Below, piece by piece: positions 39,301 through 46,248 of a DNA stretch of 64,000 nt. Made by a program: the position numbers and the translations under genes. Location of the stretch: positions 120 to 64,119 of the forward strand of contig JANMFC010000526.1 in NCBI GenBank assembly GCA_031377675.1. The letters are read 5' to 3'. This stretch comes from Pseudanabaena sp. OTE_70b_metabat_355 (GTDB lineage Bacteria; Cyanobacteriota; Cyanobacteriia; Pseudanabaenales; Pseudanabaenaceae). How positions within the stretch are numbered: position 1 is the first letter of the stretch; each line of letters opens with the position of its first letter. The notes beneath the pieces are model-generated. The model was given only the letters and a program-made list of their open reading frames with translations. It did not search any database and was not told the origin of the DNA.

Positions 39301-41825
39301 TCAGTGGTTCTAACTTTACGACTGTCAATGCTTCCGAACAAACAGTAATTATTGAACCTGCCGATTTAGCGGTGACTAAGGCGATCGCGCCTAGTCCTTT
39401 AGTCGCTAGTGGTACAGGAACCTACACCATTACGGTAACGAATGTAGCATCGGCTGCAAGTACAGGTGTATCTTATCCACAAATCTATCTGCAAGATTAT
39501 TTGCCCACAGGTTTAAGCTATACATTACCTTTACCCACTACAGGTGCAAGTGTCGGAGATGGTTGGGTATTTATTGGTTATAACGAGAGTGCAAAGGAAG
39601 TTACCTACAAACGCACAACCGCGTTAGCAAATGGTGCTTCAACTAATATCACCCTGCCTGTTACAGTGTCGGCATCACCGCCAGCCAGTGTCACTAACTT
39701 TGTGCGGGTCGGAGGTTTTACGCCTGAGCCTGATTACGATCTTGCGACTGCTGGATATCAAGATCCTCGATTAGCCACCTGTGATGCGTCCTTTGGGGCA
39801 AGTCAACCCGTTAACAACTGTTTTGCTCTCACAACACCAATTTCAGGTGGTGTGTCTACGGACTTAAAAGTAACCAAAATTGAGGGGACAGATAACGATA
39901 ATCCTCCCAATCCAGCAGTTGCTTTTAATACCAACTTTCCCTACACCATTAGGGTCGCTAACGTTGGTGGCAGTAATGCTGAGACTGTCACCTTAACCGA
40001 TGTTTTACCCGCTTCGTTAGAGTATGTTTCTCACAGCATTGATGCAGGTGACGTTACTATTACCAATCCCTTCAGTGTTTCACCTGCAAACCTAACTCGG
40101 ACTTGTAATTATGCGCCTGGTACTCGTACTTTTAGTTGTAATTTACTGCGAGTTTTGACAACAGAAAGTGATGCCGATCCCATTGATATTACCCTTACAG
40201 TTAGGGGCGTAGTATCAGGAATTGTCGATAACACTGCCACAGTAACTTCAGTTACGGCGGATACTGTCACTGCGAATAACACTGAATCCGAAAAAGTCTT
40301 GATTAGCCCAGGTGGTGCTAATAGGATAGAGGGTAAAGTCTTTAATGATTTAAGTGATAATGGTCTGTTTGATGGTCTTGAAACTGGCACTGCGAATGTC
40401 ACCGTGCGACTCTATCAAGATAACGGTACGACTAACGGCTCTTTTGATGCGGGTGACACTCTCATCGCTACAGGCACTACCAATGGCACGGGCGACTATA
40501 GTTTTACGACTTCATTAACAGGTAACTTTGTTCTGAATGTGAATACCGCCACCCTGCCATCTGGTCACGTTCTCACCCCAACTGCAACACCCGTAACTTT
40601 CCAAACTGCGGTGTTAGGAACTCTTGATCAAAATAATAACTTTGGTCATAAATCAACTGCCGTAGCGACCGATTTTGGTGATGCACCCGACACTTATGGC
40701 ACAAACCTTGTTAATAGCGGTTCAGAAGGGATTGGGGCATATCACACCGTCAACACCAATATTCACTTAGGTGCAACTGTGCCAGATGCGGAAGCCGATG
40801 CGGCGACCCCCTTAAATGGTACGGGTGATGATGTTACTGGTACTGATGATGAAGATGGAGTTACTACCTTCGCGGCTCTGACTACTAGTACTACGCCTTA
40901 TAGCGTTGGGGTGACAGTCAAAAATACTACGGGCGGCAATGCCAATTTAGTCGGTTGGATTGACTTTGACCGTGATGGCGTTTTTCAAGCTGATGAAGGT
41001 GCGTCTGCCATAGTAGCCAATAGCGCCACCACTGCAACCCTCACATGGAGCAACATCGGTACTACTGGACCAAATATTGTTGCTGGTAATACATACGCTC
41101 GTTTTCGGATTACGACAGATGCGATTACAACCAGTAGTACAGGTGGTGCAGCAACCAACGGCGAAGTTGAGGATTATCCCTTAACTATTGGTGCTGTTCC
41201 TCGTCTCAACCTTGTCAAGCGAATTACCGCGATCAATGGCACTAACATTACAGGATTCGCTGATGGTACGGATGTGCTGCCATCCAATGACAATGATGCG
41301 AAATGGCCCTCACCAAATACTCAATATTTACGCGGCGCGATCGCCTGTACGGCGGGATCACTTTGCAACACCACCATCGCTGGCGTTAAACGAGACGACA
41401 CTGTGGAATACACAATTTATTTCCTTGCTAATGGTACGGATGCTCTCAAGAATGTAAAAATCTGCGATCGCATCCCCGCCAATACCACCTTTGAGCAAAA
41501 CACCTATGCGACTGGGAAGGGTATCTTACTAGGCTGGGATAGCCAAGCGGTTCCAACGGCTTTACCCGATCCTATCAACTCGACACCAGAAGTACCCTCA
41601 ATTAAACAGTGGCTAACCAACGCCATTGCCGATCTACCAGACAAAGGTAATTTTGTACCTGCTGGCACTTCTCTACCCAATCCACCCTGCGGAACCGACC
41701 CAAATAACAACGGTGGTGTGGTTGTCGATGTTGTATCAGGCGCAACTACTATCCCGATCGCCACTGCATCAGGTGTTCCCATTAACTCCTATGGGTTTGT
41801 CAGATTTAATGTCAAAGTCAACTAG
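33300..41825 (+). CDS. Giant adhesin-like protein, 2841 aa: N-terminal domain, 12 DUF11 repeats, SdrD-B-like, GEVED and C-terminal truncated DUF11-like domain
   Basis: Long basic N-region plus signal peptide (QPAYA|). I count 12 D/N/T-L-x-x-x-K repeat starts (TDLSVVK through TDLKVTK). DFGDAP...GEVEDY; ends SYGFVRFNVKVN. Confidence 0.88.
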   Translation: MFRALKNFLNSNSIGNKRRAASPKPENQTKNRIDNQIENQSKRSGRIASKNRTNKKAKISIQKSRKQNQLKRVSRFLGIVFTTFVLMLQLSGLGLLFTLQPAYAATTLAIEPITWDFVGLDSNKPESQGPNTYVVGARVCNLGIEDARNVSVRFIKDGVDNGYAFIRLQSGEVYTFDRVKANVPANNAVSADIYGRIKLTTGSIAGGYTFDTPANGSLLKTKYRINYTPTNCQDFYYNFEVTRTDAAWNTYQKYYLRATADNAGTVETARPRQSYIEKLISQARNEVYFFGCDALGGVAYAGPTVSVGVGDTFTCQARAHTATAYPQMSFTSDIPNVIFQVLDVQSTYSDPVGGVNSTVYADGCGWVQDPTDPRYHLSPGACSSETGFANTYSDQYPYTAPPTEGKGAVGNDITTIYKIKVIAFPNGIPNPIKVSNVILDYSGSSYHYNADYGIAPNVVNINVVTPSATDLSVVKSHVGNFNFGNNTYTLTVSDDVNSSSAKAPVILTDTLPAGYTFVDQNALLSGTQPLSGPSAVNWNCETSGQVLTCLYDTDGDGVGDNFPDGGTNALTLNVNIANGALPSGTTSTNFVRVALNTAQTDSNPANNTSSDPTTILPNADLAIVKTLADGDLTVGGNQASFVTGRQGTYNLQVTNLGNITATTPTITDTLPSELQFVSGVGTNWTCSAVGQNVTCTSSQNIAPAATTNVTLTVLVRDTSSTSTINTAIVSSPTYDAILTNNTSSVTTPITRPTPDLSITKTPSPVTLILNKNSNYTINVSNVGSDATSGTIKVDEIFPTGFGMQYIAHAGSGWSCIYSDSTPTTRPCQSGDTTNGTGTTVGTQNITFYNPGPLAAGASSAITLTVKATLDPGSTVNNTVKVSTPGDGGTGTKTAISPTNIGKPDLSIIKTHADPMTLSTNNDYTITVTNSSTAGTATTTGPISVTETFPSTGSFAYVSHSGSGWSCIFEATGTSPVSPRACLSGDTTGTASGTTRTITFYNTGPLSAGQTSSFTLTVNPGATVITAVPNTVVVSTEGEASTTLANNTYPDPTSTLAAGSSTRDIAVEKRITRVSGSPIALTDTTPTAITYVAAAPTATQCTGALPAGAGVTPFTPSGGTNPADDFSGTGTNVAAIDTATLAASRRYTCPALTAGQYVQYKIAVGSNQSSGSGKDIGISFNDAIPSILQNVSWSCSIPEPGIGGGGGPAGNNTCDTSVLTPPTYPTPEITGTTNTISLPRIGLRKRGTGNPGEIPYALITVVGRVNPSATAADLARIDNIANLGTDANLNNNSWTVQSGSGVVPTPPDLTITKTGIASINNYAQGTYTLAVATTAASTPATNRITVIDTLPTGLDFVSASGTNWTCSSAGSIITCYSDTDIPSNTTSAETIAVTVKANSVAVLPTVVINRASVSTASETILNNNNATASTTINAPVLPNLTVGKTDGGATFTQGVNGTYTITVNNTGTVATSTPITVTDTLPTGLTYFSATGTNWTCSNSGQIVICNTSQVINNGSSATPITLIVTPTIGTGTVTNNVRVDTTANAETTTADNTGSDTTPLQTNITDISIAKTARSFDGLSAVTNFQQGQQYRYRLAVTNISATVPAVAPITVTDLLPTGLTYLYSASTDGFTCSATGQTVTCDRPTNLAPSSTVSVDLVVQVGGSAPASVTNQARVTSVSDTCPDFTCTGGTKDNNRTTLNNTIGATVDLAIVKTAVDQDAVTAGNQFYQDGPAVYNITVTNNGPSNYAGSVIVNENLSAITPSDPNFTYVSHTDNTTWTCTSGGGSCVGNKNLVFTKTGGLLAGESSTIALTINVPDGVTGLKTNVASIDAATITAANDTVPGNNTENEVVDVLDNLTTLTLVKDDNDGTGEPINADLQTKFFRGGIGKYTIVATNTGGSAAKAPVTISDTLPSGLTYAGNSLTSNWQCTAGGGNSFSCIYGNWNPTFTTFTQANMPVGTTSGVEILVNVSNTATLSTLDTTPPAPDVYNAGLTTNTASISGSNFTTVNASEQTVIIEPADLAVTKAIAPSPLVASGTGTYTITVTNVASAASTGVSYPQIYLQDYLPTGLSYTLPLPTTGASVGDGWVFIGYNESAKEVTYKRTTALANGASTNITLPVTVSASPPASVTNFVRVGGFTPEPDYDLATAGYQDPRLATCDASFGASQPVNNCFALTTPISGGVSTDLKVTKIEGTDNDNPPNPAVAFNTNFPYTIRVANVGGSNAETVTLTDVLPASLEYVSHSIDAGDVTITNPFSVSPANLTRTCNYAPGTRTFSCNLLRVLTTESDADPIDITLTVRGVVSGIVDNTATVTSVTADTVTANNTESEKVLISPGGANRIEGKVFNDLSDNGLFDGLETGTANVTVRLYQDNGTTNGSFDAGDTLIATGTTNGTGDYSFTTSLTGNFVLNVNTATLPSGHVLTPTATPVTFQTAVLGTLDQNNNFGHKSTAVATDFGDAPDTYGTNLVNSGSEGIGAYHTVNTNIHLGATVPDAEADAATPLNGTGDDVTGTDDEDGVTTFAALTTSTTPYSVGVTVKNTTGGNANLVGWIDFDRDGVFQADEGASAIVANSATTATLTWSNIGTTGPNIVAGNTYARFRITTDAITTSSTGGAATNGEVEDYPLTIGAVPRLNLVKRITAINGTNITGFADGTDVLPSNDNDAKWPSPNTQYLRGAIACTAGSLCNTTIAGVKRDDTVEYTIYFLANGTDALKNVKICDRIPANTTFEQNTYATGKGILLGWDSQAVPTALPDPINSTPEVPSIKQWLTNAIADLPDKGNFVPAGTSLPNPPCGTDPNNNGGVVVDVVSGATTIPIATASGVPINSYGFVRFNVKVN

Positions 41826-41988
41826 TAATTAAAAAACAAGGTCAAAAACATGAAATTCCCAGCTAGTCATTATTATCCCAGTCCACCTAGTTCTTTTCCC
41901 GAACCTATACCTAAAGCGATCGCGGGAAATCGTTAATATCCAAAGCTCAAGCAATCCGTTACCTAATCAACAGCTTTAAACAATAGCC

Positions 41989-44211
41989 ATGAAATTGAAG
42001 TCGCGCCCTCGTTTTTACACTAGTTTACTTCTGACATCAGCCTTGGCGATCGGGGGTAGCTTCTCACTCGCCAAGTCAGCCCTAGCACAAGCTCTAACTC
42101 CTGCGGGTACGCCGATCACCAACGAAGCCACAGGCAGCTTTGAGGGCAACACCACACCAGGAATACTCACAGTCACGTCTAACACTGTCACCTTATCAGT
42201 CCAAGAAATTGCGGGTATCTCGGTAGTCTCATCAGGTAACTCTCAGCCAACTAAGGCTTTACTTGCGACTGAGTTCCCGAGTATTACCCCAGGTCCATAT
42301 CAAGGTGTTGAAGGGATAAACAACAGTGATATCGTCTATTTCGACTTCACAATCACGAATACAGGCAACAGTCCTACCGCCTTCTATATTCCCAATACAG
42401 CAACAGTTACAGGTACAGGTGGTGGTACATTCCAAGGTATCGCAGTTACTGCTGTCGATCCCGATGGTACTGGAACTAGGCCAACAACAACTTTTACAGT
42501 GCCTAAAGCTGTGCCATCAGTAGAAGCCGATAAAATCACTACATCTACTAACTTTTTGGGCGCAACCGATGGCTATATTCCTATCGGTGGCACAGTTACG
42601 GTCAGAGTTGCCGTAAAAGTCACAGGAGTTGCCGTTACGGATATAACAAAAGTCGTTTTAGGTGGACAGAATACGGCGGGAATATCTGTCAATGGCGGCG
42701 CAGATTTTGTTGCTAATGGCTTGCTTGATGTCTATACATCCGATCTTGCGAATGGTACACCAGTTCCTAACACGGGTTATATCGCGAATACTGGTAATCT
42801 TGGTTATGCAGGTGTATCTGGTATTGACCAAACACTTGAAACCAACGGTAATCCTGTTAATGGCGATGCTGCCTTCTTTAGAAGAGAAGCTAGTGCAGAA
42901 GATACTACATCGATTACCGCAGGGACAGACTACGGCGATGCACCAGATACTTTCAAGACCTTATTGACAGTATCTGGAACTGGTTTTACTGCTTCATACG
43001 CTAACAGTGGCGCTAGCCAAATCATTGATGCTGCTCCCGTCAAAATCAGACTAGGTGCAAATGATCCCGATGCTGAAGCAACTGTTACGGCTGTGACCTC
43101 TCCAACTAGTGCAGATAGTCCTAACGGCGATGGCGCTGATGAAGATGGTGTCTCTTTTCTCACTGCGCTTACCACTAGCTCCACTACCTTCACAGCTACG
43201 GTTAACGTCACCAATAACACAAGCGCACCTGCCGTACCTGCTTACTTAGTTGGTTGGATTGACTTCAATGGCAATGGTGTTTTTGATAACGCAGAGCGAG
43301 TAGCTTATAGCTCGACCGCAGGGGAAATCAATGCTATCCCTACAGGCACATCGACTGTCACTTTGACATGGACTGGACTAACTGGTCTGACTTCAGGTGT
43401 TAAATATGCCAGATTCCGCTTGACTACTGATACTAGAGTACTCGGCGGTGCTGGTATTGATACTGCTGCTGGTACTGGTGCTGGTACTGCTCTACTTGGT
43501 GGTGGTACTGCTAATTCATTCACAGCCGCATCGGTTAATGTTGCGACTAACAATAATCCCTTCACTCCTTTAGGTAAGGGTGAAGTCGAAGACTATTCGA
43601 TTAATGTTGGCGCAGTCCCTAGTTTAAATGTCGTGAAGCGGATTACCAGTATCAATGGCGTAGACATCAATGATGAGATTCGTACTGCGACTACCCCTCC
43701 TTCTAACCCTGCCGATGCCAAATGGCCTACCGACGGTGTTATCAAGTATCTGCGAGGAGCGATCAACTGCACGATCCTTGCACCTTGCAATGGTTCCACG
43801 ATCACAGGGGCGAAAACTGGCGACTTGGTAGAATACACTATCTATTTCCTCGCTAATGGGACTGACGATCTTAAGAATGTCAAAATCTGCGATGCTATTC
43901 CTGCGAATACCACCTATTTAGCTGGTTCAATCGTTTTGGGCTGGGATAGTACTGGAGGAGTTTTACCTAACCCTAATGTAGCGATTACAGCAGGTGAAAC
44001 CGCACTAACTGATGCGACGGGTAAATTTTTGGCCATAAATACATCCGATGTAACGGCTCCTTCGGGTAGTGCTTGTGCAACCAACGCAGCCAATATAAAT
44101 GGCGCGATTTACATCAACTTTGGCGCAGCCCCTGTCATACCTTTTGCGACTAGTTCTGCTACCCCCAGGAGTTCTTACGGTTTTATTCGTTTTAAAGCGA
44201 CCCTTAAGTAA
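41989..44211 (+). CDS. Secreted DUF11-like + GEVED protein, 740 aa (candidate minor subunit)
   Basis: Signal peptide (ALA|Q), TPAGTPITNEATGSF, a domain similar to domain 1 of the 987-aa protein, DYGDAP...GEVEDY, and the same C-terminal module as the giant protein. Confidence 0.86.
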   Translation: MKLKSRPRFYTSLLLTSALAIGGSFSLAKSALAQALTPAGTPITNEATGSFEGNTTPGILTVTSNTVTLSVQEIAGISVVSSGNSQPTKALLATEFPSITPGPYQGVEGINNSDIVYFDFTITNTGNSPTAFYIPNTATVTGTGGGTFQGIAVTAVDPDGTGTRPTTTFTVPKAVPSVEADKITTSTNFLGATDGYIPIGGTVTVRVAVKVTGVAVTDITKVVLGGQNTAGISVNGGADFVANGLLDVYTSDLANGTPVPNTGYIANTGNLGYAGVSGIDQTLETNGNPVNGDAAFFRREASAEDTTSITAGTDYGDAPDTFKTLLTVSGTGFTASYANSGASQIIDAAPVKIRLGANDPDAEATVTAVTSPTSADSPNGDGADEDGVSFLTALTTSSTTFTATVNVTNNTSAPAVPAYLVGWIDFNGNGVFDNAERVAYSSTAGEINAIPTGTSTVTLTWTGLTGLTSGVKYARFRLTTDTRVLGGAGIDTAAGTGAGTALLGGGTANSFTAASVNVATNNNPFTPLGKGEVEDYSINVGAVPSLNVVKRITSINGVDINDEIRTATTPPSNPADAKWPTDGVIKYLRGAINCTILAPCNGSTITGAKTGDLVEYTIYFLANGTDDLKNVKICDAIPANTTYLAGSIVLGWDSTGGVLPNPNVAITAGETALTDATGKFLAINTSDVTAPSGSACATNAANINGAIYINFGAAPVIPFATSSATPRSSYGFIRFKATLK

Positions 44212-44220
44212 TCCTGCCTA

Positions 44221-44250
44221 AAAGGGCTAACTGCCTACAGCTAGCCCTTT
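44221..44250 (+). terminator. Hairpin between the 740-aa and 275-aa genes
   Basis: AAAGGGCTA...TAGCCCTTT. Confidence 0.5.
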
Positions 44251-44284
44251 CTAATGGAGTCATCCCACAGCCAAAACACCATTT

Positions 44285-45112
44285 ATGTCAAAATCATTCT
44301 TTCGAGAATCTACTCGCTTACTAGTAACCACCGCCCTACTTTTTGGCAGTCAATTTCCTTTGACTAAATCAGTTTTGGCTCAATCGACTCCTGCTGGCAC
44401 TATTATCCCCAATGCCGCGCTCGGCAGTTTTGAAGGAGTAATATCAGTTACAACGGTTCCTCTTAATTCTAATTCCGTAACTTTTGAGGTAACCGCGCCA
44501 ATTGCGTCTAACCCAAGACTATTGCTAGTCAAGCGCATCACCGCTATTAATGGTGTTGCGATTACAACTGTAGTTAATGATGGACTTGCCTCATCGGCTG
44601 ACGATAATGTGAACTGGATCTCTACGACTTCAACCACTCCAGTCCCCGCTTCGGCTCCTCCAAATGATTATTTAAAAGGAGACATTACTCGCAATGATGT
44701 CATCCCAGGCGATCGCCTAGAATATACAATTTATTTCCTATCTGCGGGTGATGTGAATATTAGTAATGTAACCATCTGCGACTTAATTCCGCCTAACACA
44801 ACATTTGAAAACAATGCTTATGGTAGTAATTTAGGTATAGTTTTTGCCAACAGTACACCGATCACTCCTCTAACGGGGCTGTTTGATGGCGATCGCGCTA
44901 ATTTTTATCCCGCAGGAAGTCTGCCACCCACCACTTGCAAAAAACCGACAACTAACGCAACTTTGACGGCTGCTGATAACACAGATGGATTAGTTGTAGT
45001 CGATGTGGTGAAAATATCTGATCCCCTACCCAATTTCTTGCCACCTGCCACAGGTGTAGGAGCGCCCGCAAATTCCTATGGTTTCGTTCGTTTTCAAGTT
45101 AAAGTTAAGTAG
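44285..45112 (+). CDS. Secreted 275-aa protein made only of the shared N-terminal motif and the shared C-terminal DUF11-like module
   Basis: Signal peptide (VLA|Q), TPAGTIIPNAALGSF...SNSV, PRLLLVKRIT...EYTIYFL...ICDLIP...SYGFVRFQVKVK. Confidence 0.86.
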   Translation: MSKSFFRESTRLLVTTALLFGSQFPLTKSVLAQSTPAGTIIPNAALGSFEGVISVTTVPLNSNSVTFEVTAPIASNPRLLLVKRITAINGVAITTVVNDGLASSADDNVNWISTTSTTPVPASAPPNDYLKGDITRNDVIPGDRLEYTIYFLSAGDVNISNVTICDLIPPNTTFENNAYGSNLGIVFANSTPITPLTGLFDGDRANFYPAGSLPPTTCKKPTTNATLTAADNTDGLVVVDVVKISDPLPNFLPPATGVGAPANSYGFVRFQVKVK

Positions 45113-45117
45113 AAAAA

Positions 45118-45170
45118 CCCAAGAAAAGATTAAAAGAGCCGCAAAGCGGCTCTTTTAATCTTTTCTTGGG
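45118..45170. terminator. Perfect 25-bp stem hairpin with AAA loop closing the surface-protein locus
   Basis: CCCAAGAAAAGATTAAAAGAGCCGC-AAA-GCGGCTCTTTTAATCTTTTCTTGGG. Confidence 0.75.
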
Positions 45171-45206
45171 CATATTCATGAAATTCTTTATGGAAAGGGA
45201 TAAACC

Positions 45207-45950
45207 ATGACTTTTACCTTAGAGCCATCAAGCGATCGCGTCACACTTCCCGATCATACGCAACTTCCCGAATCTGACGGTACGTTTGTGAAAAATTTTC
45301 AAGATCATCCCCAAAGTATTTTACTCACCGATTCGATTGAGCCGATTTTACAAAAATATCATCCTGATGGACAATACGCGATCGGGCAAGATTCGGGTAT
45401 CTATTGGCGCATGACTGAACCACCCGAAAAGGGAGCCAAAGCCCCTAATTGGTTTTATGTCCCGAATGTGCCGCCGACCATAGATGGTCAGCCTCGCCGC
45501 TCCTATGTGCTTTGGCAAGAATTTATTGCGCCGCTCATTATTTTAGAATTTGTCTCTGGTACTGGTAAAGAAGAACGCGATCGCACCCCTTGGACGGGTA
45601 AATTTTTCATTTATGAGCAGGTAATTCGTCCTGCTTTTTATGGTATCTACGAAGTCCAAAAAGCCAGCATCGAGCTATATCGCCATGTCACTAATCACTT
45701 TGAATTAGTAACTGCCAATGAAAGAGGACATTTTGCGATCGCCGAGTTGGGTGTGGAACTTGGCATTTGGCAAGGAGTTTACCAAAATTCCGACTTGCCT
45801 TGGCTGCGTTGGTGGGACGCTGATGGTAATTTGCTATTAACGGGCTGGGAAACCTCTGAACAAGAAAAGTTAATTGCTCAACAGGAACGTCAAAAAAATG
45901 AAATTTTGATCGCCCAACTCCGTGCCGCAGGGATTGAACCGCAGCTATAG
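45207..45950 (+). CDS. Uma2 (DUF820) family protein
   Basis: LPDHTQLPESDG.FVKNFQ.HPQS, GQDSGIYW, LEFVSG and WLRWWD motifs. Confidence 0.88.
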   Translation: MTFTLEPSSDRVTLPDHTQLPESDGTFVKNFQDHPQSILLTDSIEPILQKYHPDGQYAIGQDSGIYWRMTEPPEKGAKAPNWFYVPNVPPTIDGQPRRSYVLWQEFIAPLIILEFVSGTGKEERDRTPWTGKFFIYEQVIRPAFYGIYEVQKASIELYRHVTNHFELVTANERGHFAIAELGVELGIWQGVYQNSDLPWLRWWDADGNLLLTGWETSEQEKLIAQQERQKNEILIAQLRAAGIEPQL

Positions 45951-45970
45951 CTTGCGTTGTAGTTTGTAGA

Positions 45971-46247
45971 TCCCCCCCAGCCCCCCTTAAAAAGGCTGCC
46001 GTGTACACACAAGTTTAAATTGTGCGATCGCATCCTGAATACCCTGCAATAAATTGCGGGCTGAAAGCTAAAACCCGTTGAAACGGGTTACGAATCAGGA
46101 ATTAGTCAGTTTTAACTGACTTTAGCTTTTAGCCAAGAACTTTAGTTCTTGGTTCTCGCGACTTGTGTGTACACGGCAGCTTAAAAAGGGGGGAGAATCA
46201 ATTAAATTTTCTTCTTCCCCCTTTTCAAGGGGGATTGAGGGGGATCT
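45971..46247. repeat. C/G-run REP doublet interrupted by a MITE
   Basis: TCCCCCCCAGCCCCCCTTAAAAAG | MITE | (TTAAAAAG)GGGGGAGAATC...CCCCCTTTTCAAGGGGGATTGAGGGGGATCT. Confidence 0.8.
45995..46180. mobile_element. 186-bp MITE with perfect 20-bp TIRs and 8-bp target-site duplication
   Basis: TIR GCTGCCGTGTACACACAAGT (45995-46014) / ACTTGTGTGTACACGGCAGC (46161-46180); TTAAAAAG at 45987-45994 and 46181-46188. Confidence 0.88.
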
Positions 46248-46248
46248 C

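Noticed and set aside
22770-45112. C-terminal alternating strands (FQRQVK, FNVKVN, FQVKVK) as BAM beta-signals or autotransporter ends
   Set aside because: There is no terminal aromatic residue and no barrel domain in these proteins; the strand fits the penultimate part of a DUF11 fold better.
19823-45112. Sortase-dependent, chaperone-usher, RTX/type I or curli assignment of the surface locus
   Set aside because: No LPXTG or sortase, no recognisable PapD/PapC motifs, no GGxGxD repeats or ABC exporter, and no curli repeats were seen.
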